This document shows positions 1 through 9,461 of a DNA stretch of 64,000 nt, piece after piece; the stretch's first letter is position 1, and each line of letters starts with the position of its first letter. Origin of the DNA: Verrucomicrobiaceae bacterium. GTDB lineage: Bacteria; Verrucomicrobiota; Verrucomicrobiia; Verrucomicrobiales; Akkermansiaceae. Made by a program: the position numbers and the translations under genes. The notes beneath the pieces were generated by a model. That model was not told where the DNA came from. It did no database searches and saw only the letters and a program-made list of their open reading frames with translations. The stretch spans positions 576,001-640,000 of the forward strand of contig JBPOGH010000001.1 of the NCBI GenBank assembly GCA_051252135.1. The letters are read 5' to 3'.

Positions 1-1763
1 AGCCCCAGTATGCGGATTTCGAAAAGAAAAACCTCGTCGCCTGGAGATTCGACCCCACCGAAGGAAATGGGGCGTTCCGGCTCGATGGGGAAACCTATCA
101 AACCTACTCCTATCAAAGCACCCTCACCCCTCTCGAACCCGGACCCACCACCTTCGGCCCCGGTTCGGTATCTCCCCTCCTGAACTTCCGTCTCAACACC
201 CGCCGCGGCTTTGTCTGGCAGCGGGCGCAAATGACTTGCTCATTCCCCTCCCTTTCCCTCGACGTCAAATCCCTCCCGCTCCCTCAACCCGCTGATTTTT
301 CAGGAGCCGTCGGCACCTTCAATCTCACCGCCCAACCCCTGGGCCTCGAGATCGCCGTTGGGGACCCCCTGACCATCGAACTCACCGTCAGCGGCACCGG
401 AAATCTCGATCAACTCGGAGCTCCCAAGCTCATCGACCGGACCGGAGCCTTCAAGCAATTCGATGTCGCCAAGAAACCCCAGGGACGGGAGCGCACCAGC
501 ACCACCGGCGAAGTGGAATTCTCACAGGTCATTCGTCCCAACCAGGTGATCGACACCATCCCCCCCTATCATCTCCACTTCTTCGACCCCATTCTCAAGG
601 AATACCGGCTCGCCAGCACTCCTCCCATTCCCATCACCGTCACCCCCGGCACCCCATCCACCGCCCCTTCCTTGCCCGCATCCCCGGATGCCCCCAAATT
701 CCTCCCCCCCGGCTCCTCTCTCATTCCTGCCAATCCTAAGGTATGGCCTCCTTGGCTTTGGCAAATCCTCCCCGCCTTACTCGCTCTCTTTCTCCTTCTC
801 AAAAAATTCCGCCCCCGAATCGCTCAGAAAAAACAGCTCACTCAAAGGCAGAAGGAGTTTGAAAAGGACCTCGGCCATATTGCCGATGCCACCACCCGGG
901 TCGAGTTCTACCGCCGCGCCGCCCTCTTGATTGAAGAAGACGGGCCGGATCAATGCCCTGACGACCTGAATAAGATCATCAAAACCCGCGATGAAATCTG
1001 CTTCCGTCCCGATGCCTCCGATGCCCCGCTCCTCCCCAAAGAACGCACCGCCATTCTCGACCTCCTTCGCACCCTTGCCCCTCTCATCATTCTCGCCTTC
1101 CTGATTCTTGCACCAGCGGCCACCGGACAGGAACCCGATTGGAGCTCCCTCGCTAAAGATAACCCGACCCCCGAAGCATTCCATAACCTTGCTCTTCAGG
1201 AAGAGATGTCCGGTCGCCTTCCCACCGCTGCCCTCTACTTCTACCGATATCAGGCCTACGGAGGAGACGATGCCGGCCTCGAGAGAATCCTCGGACAAAC
1301 CCGGGGAATCAAACGCCCTAAGCCGCAGGGTATGGAGCACCTTTCTGTCCTTCCAAAACCTTTCTTCCAACAAGCTGGAGCCGCCGCTCTCTGGGGCTTG
1401 GCCCTGACCTTGCTTGTGATCGTCCTACACGTGAAACGGTGGCTCCCGTTTCTCATCCCGCTCACTCTGATTGCCTCTGTTATTTGGTGGATCGGCTTCC
1501 GATATTACCCTGATAACGTCGGGTTCCTGCCCCTCACCCAACTTTCGGTCGTCATGGTGGACACCAAAGCATCGAGCTCCCCCTATCAGGATGCCGATGG
1601 TATTGAAATTCCGGCCACCAGCATCGGTCACGTCACCGGCACTTCCGGCAAGTGGAGCCACCTCAAATTCCCCAACGGAATCAAAGGTTGGGTTCCATCG
1701 GACCAGGTAGCTCCAATTCGGGGCGTGGCGCTTTGGAATCCGCCGACTTCACAAACAGACTGA
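1..1763 (+). CDS. BatD-family protein with fused BatE-like C-terminus (TPR, TM helices, SH3-like); 5' partial
   Basis: The frame is open from base 3 (PQYADFEKK...) into ORF 231..1763. BatD-like 'FSGAVGTFNL...VGDPLTIELTVSGTGNL...IPPYHLHFFDP'; C-terminal SH3-like 'GKWSHLKFPNGIKGWVPSDQV'. Confidence 0.75.
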   Translation, partial: PQYADFEKKNLVAWRFDPTEGNGAFRLDGETYQTYSYQSTLTPLEPGPTTFGPGSVSPLLNFRLNTRRGFVWQRAQMTCSFPSLSLDVKSLPLPQPADFSGAVGTFNLTAQPLGLEIAVGDPLTIELTVSGTGNLDQLGAPKLIDRTGAFKQFDVAKKPQGRERTSTTGEVEFSQVIRPNQVIDTIPPYHLHFFDPILKEYRLASTPPIPITVTPGTPSTAPSLPASPDAPKFLPPGSSLIPANPKVWPPWLWQILPALLALFLLLKKFRPRIAQKKQLTQRQKEFEKDLGHIADATTRVEFYRRAALLIEEDGPDQCPDDLNKIIKTRDEICFRPDASDAPLLPKERTAILDLLRTLAPLIILAFLILAPAATGQEPDWSSLAKDNPTPEAFHNLALQEEMSGRLPTAALYFYRYQAYGGDDAGLERILGQTRGIKRPKPQGMEHLSVLPKPFFQQAGAAALWGLALTLLVIVLHVKRWLPFLIPLTLIASVIWWIGFRYYPDNVGFLPLTQLSVVMVDTKASSSPYQDADGIEIPATSIGHVTGTSGKWSHLKFPNGIKGWVPSDQVAPIRGVALWNPPTSQTD

Positions 1764-2364
1764 CCTGCTCAAGTTCAAGAGCCAGATCAACGCTGTTCAC
1801 GGTCACATTTTCGGGAACCTGTAACACCGTAGGTGAAAAGCTCAGAATCCCCTGAATCCCGGCGTCCACCAATTCATTGGCCACTTCCTGGGCATGCTCT
1901 ACCGGCACCGAAAGAATCGCCAACCGGATCGCGTGCTTCCGCACAATTTTTGGCATGTCCCCAATATGATGAACCGGCACGGAAATTCCCCGCTGGGCCA
2001 CCAACTCGGGAGCCACATCAAAAGCCGCCACCACTTCAAATCCCTCCTTATGGAATCCGGCATACCGAAGAAGTGCCGATCCCAAATTTCCCGCACCAAC
2101 CAGGATCACCGGCTGCAGGTGCTCCCGCCCCAACACATCCGCGATCGCCGTGACCAGTTCCGCAACCGAATACCCCAATCCTCTGGTCCCAAAAGTCCCC
2201 AGATAAGTCAGATCCCGGCGAAGCTGTGAAGGATTCACTCCAGCTGCCTTGGCCAAAGCCGACGATGAAATGGTTTCGGTCTCTGCCTCTTCAAGCCGAC
2301 GCAGACAACGATGGTATATCGACAGGCGATAAATTGTCTTTCCTGGAATCTGATCCTTTCCCAC
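1681..2364 (-). CDS. rex: Redox-sensing transcriptional repressor Rex
   Basis: 'IPGKTIYRLSIYHRCL...ISSSALA...QLRRDLTYLGTFGTRGLGY' and Rossmann 'ILVGAGNLGSALL'. The GTG start at 2364 is inferred; the ORF is open to 2511. Confidence 0.93.
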   Translation of the reverse strand: MGKDQIPGKTIYRLSIYHRCLRRLEEAETETISSSALAKAAGVNPSQLRRDLTYLGTFGTRGLGYSVAELVTAIADVLGREHLQPVILVGAGNLGSALLRYAGFHKEGFEVVAAFDVAPELVAQRGISVPVHHIGDMPKIVRKHAIRLAILSVPVEHAQEVANELVDAGIQGILSFSPTVLQVPENVTVNSVDLALELEQVSLFVKSADSKAPRPELELPGPMEPNL

Positions 2365-2474
2365 GGAGAGAACCTCGACGCCATCCCCCTCCCTGTCAAG
2401 GAGTCGCTCTCGCCCGGGAAGTTTGACCTTCCGGCCATCGACACCATTGGAAGCCCGCGTTATCACTGAGCCAC

Positions 2475-3065
2475 GTGAATTTTCTCGCCCACTTCGCCCT
2501 CGCCCAACCAACAGACGCCTCCCGCGTAGGTGCCTTGTTGGGCGATTTCGTCCGGGGCCACCCCTCCTCCCTCACCGGACAATATCCCCCGGAAGTCATC
2601 GAGGGCATCATGCTCCACCGGGCCATCGATCGCTTCACCGATGACCACCCCGTCTTTCTCAAAGCTAAAGATCTCCTTTCTCCGAAACGACGCCGCTTTG
2701 CCGGAATCATCATCGACATATTTTTCGATCACTTCCTCGCTATTCACTGGGAAGACTTTGAAAAAGGAAACCTCCCTCGGTTCATTTCGGAACTCTACGA
2801 CACCCTTGAACGTCGTCACGATTGGCTGACTCCCGAACTTCACGAAATTGTCCCTCGCATGAAGGATGAAAACTGGCTGCAGTGCTACGGCACCATCGAA
2901 GGCCTGAAGCTCACCTTCGAAAGAATCAGCAAGCGCCGCTCGTGGCTCAAACCCCTTGTCGGAGCTGAAACCGACCTCATTGACCACTACCAATCCTTCG
3001 ACCGGGCTTTCCACACCTTCTACCCCGAGGTCCGCCAATATGCCACAACCTGGGAACGCGACTAA
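2475..3065 (+). CDS. acpH: Acyl carrier protein phosphodiesterase
   Basis: 'MNFLAH...GALLGDFVRG...GIMLHRAIDRFTDDHP...IIIDIFFDHFLA'. Confidence 0.9.
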   Translation: MNFLAHFALAQPTDASRVGALLGDFVRGHPSSLTGQYPPEVIEGIMLHRAIDRFTDDHPVFLKAKDLLSPKRRRFAGIIIDIFFDHFLAIHWEDFEKGNLPRFISELYDTLERRHDWLTPELHEIVPRMKDENWLQCYGTIEGLKLTFERISKRRSWLKPLVGAETDLIDHYQSFDRAFHTFYPEVRQYATTWERD

Positions 3066-3121
3066 GCAATTCGCAATTGTCCGTTGACAGACCATCCGAT
3101 GGATCGAAACTCCCCACAGCT

Positions 3122-3634
3122 ATGCAATGGAACGACCAATTTCTCGCCCTTTTTCAACGCTGTCTTCAAGAATACCGCGGAGGCAACCGGGACTTCATGA
3201 GCTACTACAGCCCTGAGGACCTCACCTTCCTTCAAGGTATTGGATACAAACCGCGCGAGCTCTTTGACTTTGTGGAGGACTTGGCCGATGAAGCTGTCCC
3301 AACTGAGTCCACCGCTCTCCTCATCGCTGCGGTTCGCCGTGACTACTTTCTTGTAATCCAAAAAGGAGTTCACAGCGACAAAGAGGTAACCCGTGATTCC
3401 CTTCCCTCCTTTGGCGAAGAACTGGACGGCATTTCCTACCTTCCCCGCATCATCACCAAGGCTCGCGCCAAGTTGAAGGGTGAGCTTCACCCCGATGTCA
3501 TGTTCTCCTGCGGAGGAGATCGCAAGTTCCTCAACGACCACCGGATCCACCCTGCCGATTTTCTCCGCCAGGTCTGGTCCGCTGATAGCGATGACCAAAA
3601 GATCGCCAATTTCGTCAAAGCATCGACAGCCTAA
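3122..3634 (+). CDS. DUF5069-like domain protein
   Basis: 'ELDGISYLPRIITKARAKLKGELHPDVMFSCGGDRKFL'. ATG at 3122 chosen within ORF 3077..3634. Confidence 0.7.
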   Translation: MQWNDQFLALFQRCLQEYRGGNRDFMSYYSPEDLTFLQGIGYKPRELFDFVEDLADEAVPTESTALLIAAVRRDYFLVIQKGVHSDKEVTRDSLPSFGEELDGISYLPRIITKARAKLKGELHPDVMFSCGGDRKFLNDHRIHPADFLRQVWSADSDDQKIANFVKASTA

Positions 3635-3658
3635 AAATCGTCTGACAAGCTCCCGTCC

Positions 3659-4267
3659 GTGAAGGACTACAAAGGCGAACAAATACTGGTCATCCCCCGC
3701 TCCCTATTTGACGAACTAGGCTCGTTTCAGGGGATCGAAACCAATGTGGACCGATATTTGGACGCCATTCTCGACCCCCAAAACAACTTCTTCATGGACC
3801 GCGGTGCCGCTGAGGAGGACCCTGGGTTCAAACAAATCATTCCCTATTGCCTGTTCCGCCACGGTGACAGCTACCTCCACTACGTGCGGGGAAAGAGCGG
3901 AGGAGAGAGCCGTCTTCACGCCCAGGGATCGGTAGGCATTGGAGGACACATCAACCCCGTCGACGAGCGGGAAGATCACCTGGGCCGCGCTACCTATCTC
4001 GCGGGGGTTGAGCGTGAGATTGATGAGGAACTCAACATCGTCGGAGGTCACTCCAATAAAATGGTCGCCCTTCTCAATGACGACAGCAATCCGGTCGGTC
4101 AGGTCCATCTCGGGGTCGTCCACATCTTCGAACTGGAGACCGATCAAGTCACCTCCAACGAGGACGCCCTTGCCGACCTTGGATTCCATCCGGCCGACAA
4201 ACTTAAGGGGGAAATGCTCGATCAACTGGAAACCTGGTCTCGCTTCTGTGTCGAGGCCCTCGTCTAG
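3659..4267 (+). CDS. Predicted NUDIX-family phosphoesterase (COG4112-like)
   Basis: 'AEEDPGFKQIIPY...GGESRLH...SVGIGGHINPVD...EREIDEEL...VGQVHLG...LETWS'. Confidence 0.8.
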   Translation: MKDYKGEQILVIPRSLFDELGSFQGIETNVDRYLDAILDPQNNFFMDRGAAEEDPGFKQIIPYCLFRHGDSYLHYVRGKSGGESRLHAQGSVGIGGHINPVDEREDHLGRATYLAGVEREIDEELNIVGGHSNKMVALLNDDSNPVGQVHLGVVHIFELETDQVTSNEDALADLGFHPADKLKGEMLDQLETWSRFCVEALV

Positions 4268-4296
4268 CCCCACCGTCCTCCGGTCGCAAGAATCAC

Positions 4297-4332
4297 AAAA
4301 AAGGCTCACCCGGAATCCCGGATGAGCCTTTG
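4297..4332. terminator. Bidirectional intrinsic terminator between convergent genes
   Basis: AAAGGCTCA...TGAGCCTTT inverted repeat with A/T flanks, between the stops at 4267 and 4355. Confidence 0.75.
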
Positions 4333-4354
4333 AAAATGTCTTCAGATACCGGGA

Positions 4355-5764
4355 CTAGCCCTCATACGAACCTTCGACTCGCGCCGCCACATCGCGGTAA
4401 CCGTAGTCGACTTCGTAAATCTGCTTAAAGCACTCGATCGCCTCATCTTTCCGATCTGCTTTCGAGTAGATTAGACCAAGCTCATAGAGAATTTCTTTCT
4501 TGGTTGTGTCCATCGCAATCAATTCGGAGTTGGCATCGCTCAACTGCTTGATCGAAAGATCGGTCATTCCCTTGGCGTTGAACGTGCGCCCGAGAAGAAG
4601 AAGCACCTTGGTGCGAATATGCGGATTGCGTGTCGCCTGCTGAAGATGGGGAATCGCCTCACTGTAATCGCCGGCATCGTAGAACGCCTGCCCCAGATCG
4701 TAACGAAGCTTGGGATCGGTGGGGTTCTGATCAACCCGCTGCTTGCACTCCACCAGTCGTTCGGCGGTCCGTGCTTTCTTCACCTCGGCAAGTTGGGCTT
4801 GCAGTTCGGCATCGTCAGGGTTGGCGGCAGCTTCTGCCTCCAGTTCGGCGATCCCTTTACTCTTGGACATGTCCTTCATCGCCTCGGCGCGGGAACGAAG
4901 GGCGACGTCACCACCTGATATCTGGTGGGCCCAGTCATAAAACTGATGGGCCAAGGGCCAGTCTTCCAACTGCTCGTAGGTTGCGGCGAGGTCCTTGACC
5001 AACGCAAGGTTGTGAGGATCAGCCTCATAGGCGGCCCCAAGCTCACCGGCACGCTCAAGGAGCTGCTCCTTGGTCAAAGCAGTCCGTGAAGCCTTCTCAA
5101 GCTCAGCGGCTTCATCACCCTTGATGATATCTTTGAAGCTGGAGGTTTCGGAAAGGTTGTTCTTCTGCATCGACGCCTTGGCCGAGGAATCCTTCTCCCC
5201 TTTGATCGCCGCACCATCAGCAGGATCCTGCTTCACAATGTCACGGAAAACCGCTGCTGCCTCGGCATGCATTTCGCGTAGAATATAGAAATGAGCCAAC
5301 TTATGGGCCAACTTGGTATTCTCCGGGTTACCCTTCCGTGCCGTTTCCAGTGCGAATCCGGCAGTATCCAGAAGATTCAGCTTCAGACAGGTGTCATGAA
5401 GCACATCGTTCACGCCGGGGTTAAACGGATCTTTCTCAAGCTCCTTTTCGATAGCCACCAAGGTCCCCGCAGGGTCCTTCTTGCTCTGCCTTGCCAGACC
5501 ACCGGCAGCACCACCACCGGACGTTCCGAACAGTCCCTTTTTTGAACCACCGGGAACCGCTCCCGTGGCAGAAATCTCTGCCTGTCGGAGAAGCTTGCGG
5601 GCATTCAAAAATCCCGGCTCTTGTTTCAGAATAGCCTGAAGGAATTTTACGGCATAGCCCGGGTTATTCCGCTCGACACTGGATTTTGCGTTCTTCCAGT
5701 GCTCCTTGAGCTCGATTGGCAATTCTGCCTCGGTAATTTCTTTAATTTCTTTCACTTCTGACAT
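4355..5764 (-). CDS. Tetratricopeptide-repeat protein (no signal peptide)
   Basis: Multiple TPRs ('LRYDLGQAFYDAGDYSEAIPHLQQA', 'ILYELGLIYSKADRKDEAIECFKQI'). Start at MSEVKEIK is inferred. Confidence 0.85.
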   Translation of the reverse strand: MSEVKEIKEITEAELPIELKEHWKNAKSSVERNNPGYAVKFLQAILKQEPGFLNARKLLRQAEISATGAVPGGSKKGLFGTSGGGAAGGLARQSKKDPAGTLVAIEKELEKDPFNPGVNDVLHDTCLKLNLLDTAGFALETARKGNPENTKLAHKLAHFYILREMHAEAAAVFRDIVKQDPADGAAIKGEKDSSAKASMQKNNLSETSSFKDIIKGDEAAELEKASRTALTKEQLLERAGELGAAYEADPHNLALVKDLAATYEQLEDWPLAHQFYDWAHQISGGDVALRSRAEAMKDMSKSKGIAELEAEAAANPDDAELQAQLAEVKKARTAERLVECKQRVDQNPTDPKLRYDLGQAFYDAGDYSEAIPHLQQATRNPHIRTKVLLLLGRTFNAKGMTDLSIKQLSDANSELIAMDTTKKEILYELGLIYSKADRKDEAIECFKQIYEVDYGYRDVAARVEGSYEG

Positions 5765-5883
5765 GTTGTGCGCGGGTCGAAAACTAACTGACGAAATCAA
5801 GCGATAATCCGTCCTCTTGGCAAGCATACAGCCCAAAAGAGCGGACTTTCCAGCCCGCTCTTTGAATTTCTTTCGAAAAAGGC

Positions 5884-8322
5884 CTACTCGGGCACTCCAA
5901 ATCGACGGAATCCACCTCCCGACCGGCGGGGCGGAGAAGCCTTCTTGGTCGTTTCCTTTTTGGGCGTTTCACGAACAGCCTCTGCACGTTGGCCACTCTT
6001 GGCGTCCTCCAAAGTCCCCTTGGCCGGAAGCATCCCGTTTCCGGTCGGTGGGAACGAGTCGCGTGCTTCCCCGATAAAGGGGCTCTGCGCCTCGAAGCCA
6101 TCTTCGAAGTTCCGGTAATCGTGAACATTACTGATGATCTGGGGGCGGAGGAGAATAATGAGCTCCCGACGTTGCGTATTCTTCTTGGTGCTTGAGAAAA
6201 GGCGCCCCAGTCCGGGAACCCGGCTCAGGAATGGCACTCCGCTCGTGCTATCGGTGTCCTCCTCCGTAATAAGGCCTCCCAGAATAATCGCGGAACCACT
6301 CTCGGTAATCACGCTCGTGGTCAACTCTTCGGTGGCAATGTCCGGGACATCAACACCCGCTGCAATCGTCCGGCTGGTATCCTGCACCGCATCCCGAACC
6401 AAAGAGATTTCCAGGGTAACTTGAGTGTCCGAGTTGATCAGCGGTTGCACCGCCAACTCCAGTGTCACATCACGATATTCCACGTTGGTATTTTGTCCCC
6501 CGTTGACTCCGCTGTTGAACGTGCTCGCAGGGATCGCGATTCGACGACCCGAGGAGATACGGGCCACCCGGTTATTGCGTGTCGTCACCACCGGACGTTC
6601 CAACGTCTTGAAGTTGGTGTTCGCCTCAAGCGCATTCACAAAGACCGAGAAATTGTCGTTGAAGATACCGTAAAGCGAGGTTCCCGCCCCCGTGGCACCG
6701 TTGGCCGTGAGAAGACCCGCCAGGTTATCCAGATCACCTGAGCTCAATGCCCCTGCTCCCTGATCACCGAAGGTCAGTCGTCCACCGATCTGATCTCCGG
6801 AATCCGTTCCAATGATTCGGGCCAAGTCGAAACCGAAATTCAGGTTATCTCCAAGGGTGTAGCTTCCAATCACCGCTGAAATGACAACCTGCTGTCCGGG
6901 TGAATCAAGTTGGGAAATGAGATTCTTAACAATTTCAATATGATGCGGTGGACCATTGACGATCACCGCGTTGGCCACGTTGTCCGCCACCAGAAGTGTC
7001 TTGCCAATAATTTGGGCTTCAGGAGCCGTCGGAATATCCTGCTCCTCAAGATTGGTGCGACTCCCCCCGCTTGCTCCCCCGCCTCCGGTCGTATTGGTCC
7101 GGTTGTTATTGACGTTACTTTGATTGTTCGTCCGCGAGTTCTGGTTCTGATTGGGCAGGCCTCCGCCACCGGCACCCGATGTCGAACTGCTGCTCATCGT
7201 TGCCTCAATGGCATCATAGGCAATCGGAATAAACTCTCCCACGCGCAAATAACGCAGACGGTAGGTGAAATCATTTTTCCCGTCGCTCGGGACATCGTAT
7301 CCCTGAATCAGAGAGGTCACCACCGCGATATCCGCGGGACGCCCCACCAGAAGAATCCGATTCGTCCGGGAATCCGGAATGATGTTGATGGGAACTTCTT
7401 CAGCCGAACCTCCTGCTGATGCAGCGGCCGCAGTGGCCGTTCCGCCTGGTAACGGCGCCCGCTGGCGCGTCGTGCGGGTCGTCGTGTTCGAGCTATTGCG
7501 CTCGTTGTAAATCTCGTTCAAACGCTCCGCGATCTCATCGACGTCAGCATAAACCACCTTCACCCACTCTTCGGAAATACGGACCGAGCGATCGATATCA
7601 TCTCTTAACTTAATCAGTTGCCGAATCAGGGAGGAGTTTTCCTTGATGATCAGGGATGATGCATTGGTCACCGCAGTGATGCTCCCGGAAGGACTGCTTT
7701 GCCCCATCACACTTTGAAACACCCGCAATGCCTCCTCCGGCTTAAGGTGATTGAACTCCATGCGGTAGGTCACCAGCTGGTCCGTCAACGGGAGGTCGAG
7801 TGGGTCGTCAAGGTAAGCCAAGGGTGCTGATCCTGTTCCCTGGGTTGGCCCGGATGCCACAATCCGCACGATGTCCGGATCCAGTTGATCCGGCACAATC
7901 GCCAGACCTTCCGCCAACAACGTGATCTCAAGCAGCTTCGCTACCTCCGCATTGGTCATCGGACCCGGTTGCACAAAGTAAGCCTGCACCTGGGACGCCT
8001 GTGAGGTCAAAATCACACGCTTGCCCGTATGCTTGCGGTAAATCTCAGCCGCATCAATCCCTGTCATTTCAGGGCGCAAAATCTCGTCACCTTCCGGCAC
8101 CGCGATCGCGTTGGGGTCGAGAGGTCCCCTCATCGGGCGAACTGCTCTCCCGGGCTGGGCGGGAGCCACAGGCACGACCGGGTCAGTGCCGGGTAAGGTT
8201 CCCGGCAGAGGCTGCACAGGCGCGTCAGCACCCGGAGTCGCTGTGGGAGTAGGCGTAGGAGTCGGTTCCTGAGCGCCGGCCATTGCAGCGATGCCCAAAA
8301 AGATGGCGATGGTTCGTTTCAT
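5884..8322 (-). CDS. gspD: Type II secretion secretin GspD
   Basis: Signal peptide, N-domains ('IIPDSRTNRILLVG', 'LVADNVANAVIVNG') and secretin C-domain ('SGVPFLSRVPGLGRLFSS...RRELIILLRPQII'); last gene of the pseudopilin cluster. Confidence 0.92.
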   Translation of the reverse strand: MKRTIAIFLGIAAMAGAQEPTPTPTPTATPGADAPVQPLPGTLPGTDPVVPVAPAQPGRAVRPMRGPLDPNAIAVPEGDEILRPEMTGIDAAEIYRKHTGKRVILTSQASQVQAYFVQPGPMTNAEVAKLLEITLLAEGLAIVPDQLDPDIVRIVASGPTQGTGSAPLAYLDDPLDLPLTDQLVTYRMEFNHLKPEEALRVFQSVMGQSSPSGSITAVTNASSLIIKENSSLIRQLIKLRDDIDRSVRISEEWVKVVYADVDEIAERLNEIYNERNSSNTTTRTTRQRAPLPGGTATAAAASAGGSAEEVPINIIPDSRTNRILLVGRPADIAVVTSLIQGYDVPSDGKNDFTYRLRYLRVGEFIPIAYDAIEATMSSSSTSGAGGGGLPNQNQNSRTNNQSNVNNNRTNTTGGGGASGGSRTNLEEQDIPTAPEAQIIGKTLLVADNVANAVIVNGPPHHIEIVKNLISQLDSPGQQVVISAVIGSYTLGDNLNFGFDLARIIGTDSGDQIGGRLTFGDQGAGALSSGDLDNLAGLLTANGATGAGTSLYGIFNDNFSVFVNALEANTNFKTLERPVVTTRNNRVARISSGRRIAIPASTFNSGVNGGQNTNVEYRDVTLELAVQPLINSDTQVTLEISLVRDAVQDTSRTIAAGVDVPDIATEELTTSVITESGSAIILGGLITEEDTDSTSGVPFLSRVPGLGRLFSSTKKNTQRRELIILLRPQIISNVHDYRNFEDGFEAQSPFIGEARDSFPPTGNGMLPAKGTLEDAKSGQRAEAVRETPKKETTKKASPPRRSGGGFRRFGVPE

Positions 8323-8352
8323 GAAATTGATCGTGGAGTCGGGTTGTCGAAA

Positions 8353-8904
8353 TTATTTCTTCGGCTTCGGAATGTAGCGTGTCCGGGGAGCTTTGGTCGT
8401 CGTCGGAGTAGCCGTCTTGGTCCCGCCGGGGAGTCCGGCTGGAGTCGGCGTGGCCGTCTTGGTTGTCGTCTTTTGGGTCGTTTTCTTCGTCTGCGCCTGC
8501 GGTGGCGGGGCCTTCCGCAAAACCAGATACTTGGTATCAAACTTCACCCATCCCCGATGCGGTCCCTTCTGAATATGGACCTCGGTATCAAGAAAACTTC
8601 CTTCGCTCTGTTTCACCTCAAGCACCGCAAACCCCTCGGATTTGCGACCCGGGATGCGAATCCGCTCACTGGTGTTCTTCTTGTTCACCAAGGTCACAAA
8701 CTGCCCATCGGTGTATTTCTCCAAACCCACCAAAACCCAATCTTCGAGATCATTGGGTTCGTTAATAGGATCGACAGGCAGTGGCGGATCCGTAAGCGGT
8801 GAGTTCTGCCAAAGATGATTGTAGCGGCTGGCAAGATGGGTCTGGGGAGGCTCAACCGCCGCAAGCGGAAGCGCCAGTGAGAGAACGAGGAAAATGGCTT
8901 TCAT
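8353..8904 (-). CDS. Exported protein in T2SS cluster (possible GspC-like HR domain)
   Basis: Signal peptide, beta-rich core 'WVLVGLEKY...FVTLVNKK...FAVLEV', Thr/Pro/Lys tail; lies immediately upstream of gspD. Confidence 0.55.
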   Translation of the reverse strand: MKAIFLVLSLALPLAAVEPPQTHLASRYNHLWQNSPLTDPPLPVDPINEPNDLEDWVLVGLEKYTDGQFVTLVNKKNTSERIRIPGRKSEGFAVLEVKQSEGSFLDTEVHIQKGPHRGWVKFDTKYLVLRKAPPPQAQTKKTTQKTTTKTATPTPAGLPGGTKTATPTTTKAPRTRYIPKPKK

Positions 8905-8907
8905 GAT

Positions 8908-9450
8908 CTAGAGAGGGTTGGATTCGTCGTCGATGGGCAGAATGAATTTCTCAACTTCAACCTCACAATCGACTTTGGTGATGTCATTGTTGACCGGCTT
9001 GATTTCAAATTTGGTAATGACCTGAAGCTGCCGGTTCTGGCGCAACGCCATCAGCCATTGCTGAATTTGCTGCTCCATCCCGGTGACGCGATAGCGCACC
9101 CGGACCCGGTTGTAATGCTCGCCGGGCTGCCAGGGCAGGATCTGCTGGTCACGGGTGATCAGTCCCCTCTTCTTGGCTTCACGGTCCACAAAGGATTGCA
9201 AATTGGCTTGCGCGGTCTGGTAAGCAATGGGCTCACCTTCGCTACGCTCCAACCAGGAACCGGCCTTTTCCCAGCTGTCCTGCTGCTGCAGAACACTTTC
9301 AGCACGATTCAGGGCCATCTCGGAGGCATTGGTGCGCTTTAGAGCGGCATCCAGCCGTTGCTGGTAGAACTTTTTAAACGCCAGCACATTAACCACCACA
9401 AAGAGGGTGCCAACGAGCATGATGAGGAGTTTTTTTTCGCGATCGGACAT
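8908..9450 (-). CDS. GspM/PilO-like inner-membrane assembly protein
   Basis: 'MSDREKKLL' followed by a TM helix, coiled coil and ferredoxin-like C-terminus; position after the gspL-like gene. Confidence 0.7.
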   Translation of the reverse strand: MSDREKKLLIMLVGTLFVVVNVLAFKKFYQQRLDAALKRTNASEMALNRAESVLQQQDSWEKAGSWLERSEGEPIAYQTAQANLQSFVDREAKKRGLITRDQQILPWQPGEHYNRVRVRYRVTGMEQQIQQWLMALRQNRQLQVITKFEIKPVNNDITKVDCEVEVEKFILPIDDESNPL

Positions 9451-9461
9451 GAATGCTGGCG

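Noticed and set aside
2225..2240. Rex operator-like TGTGAAGGATTCAC
   Set aside because: It lies inside the rex coding region and has a 3-nt spacer instead of the canonical 4.
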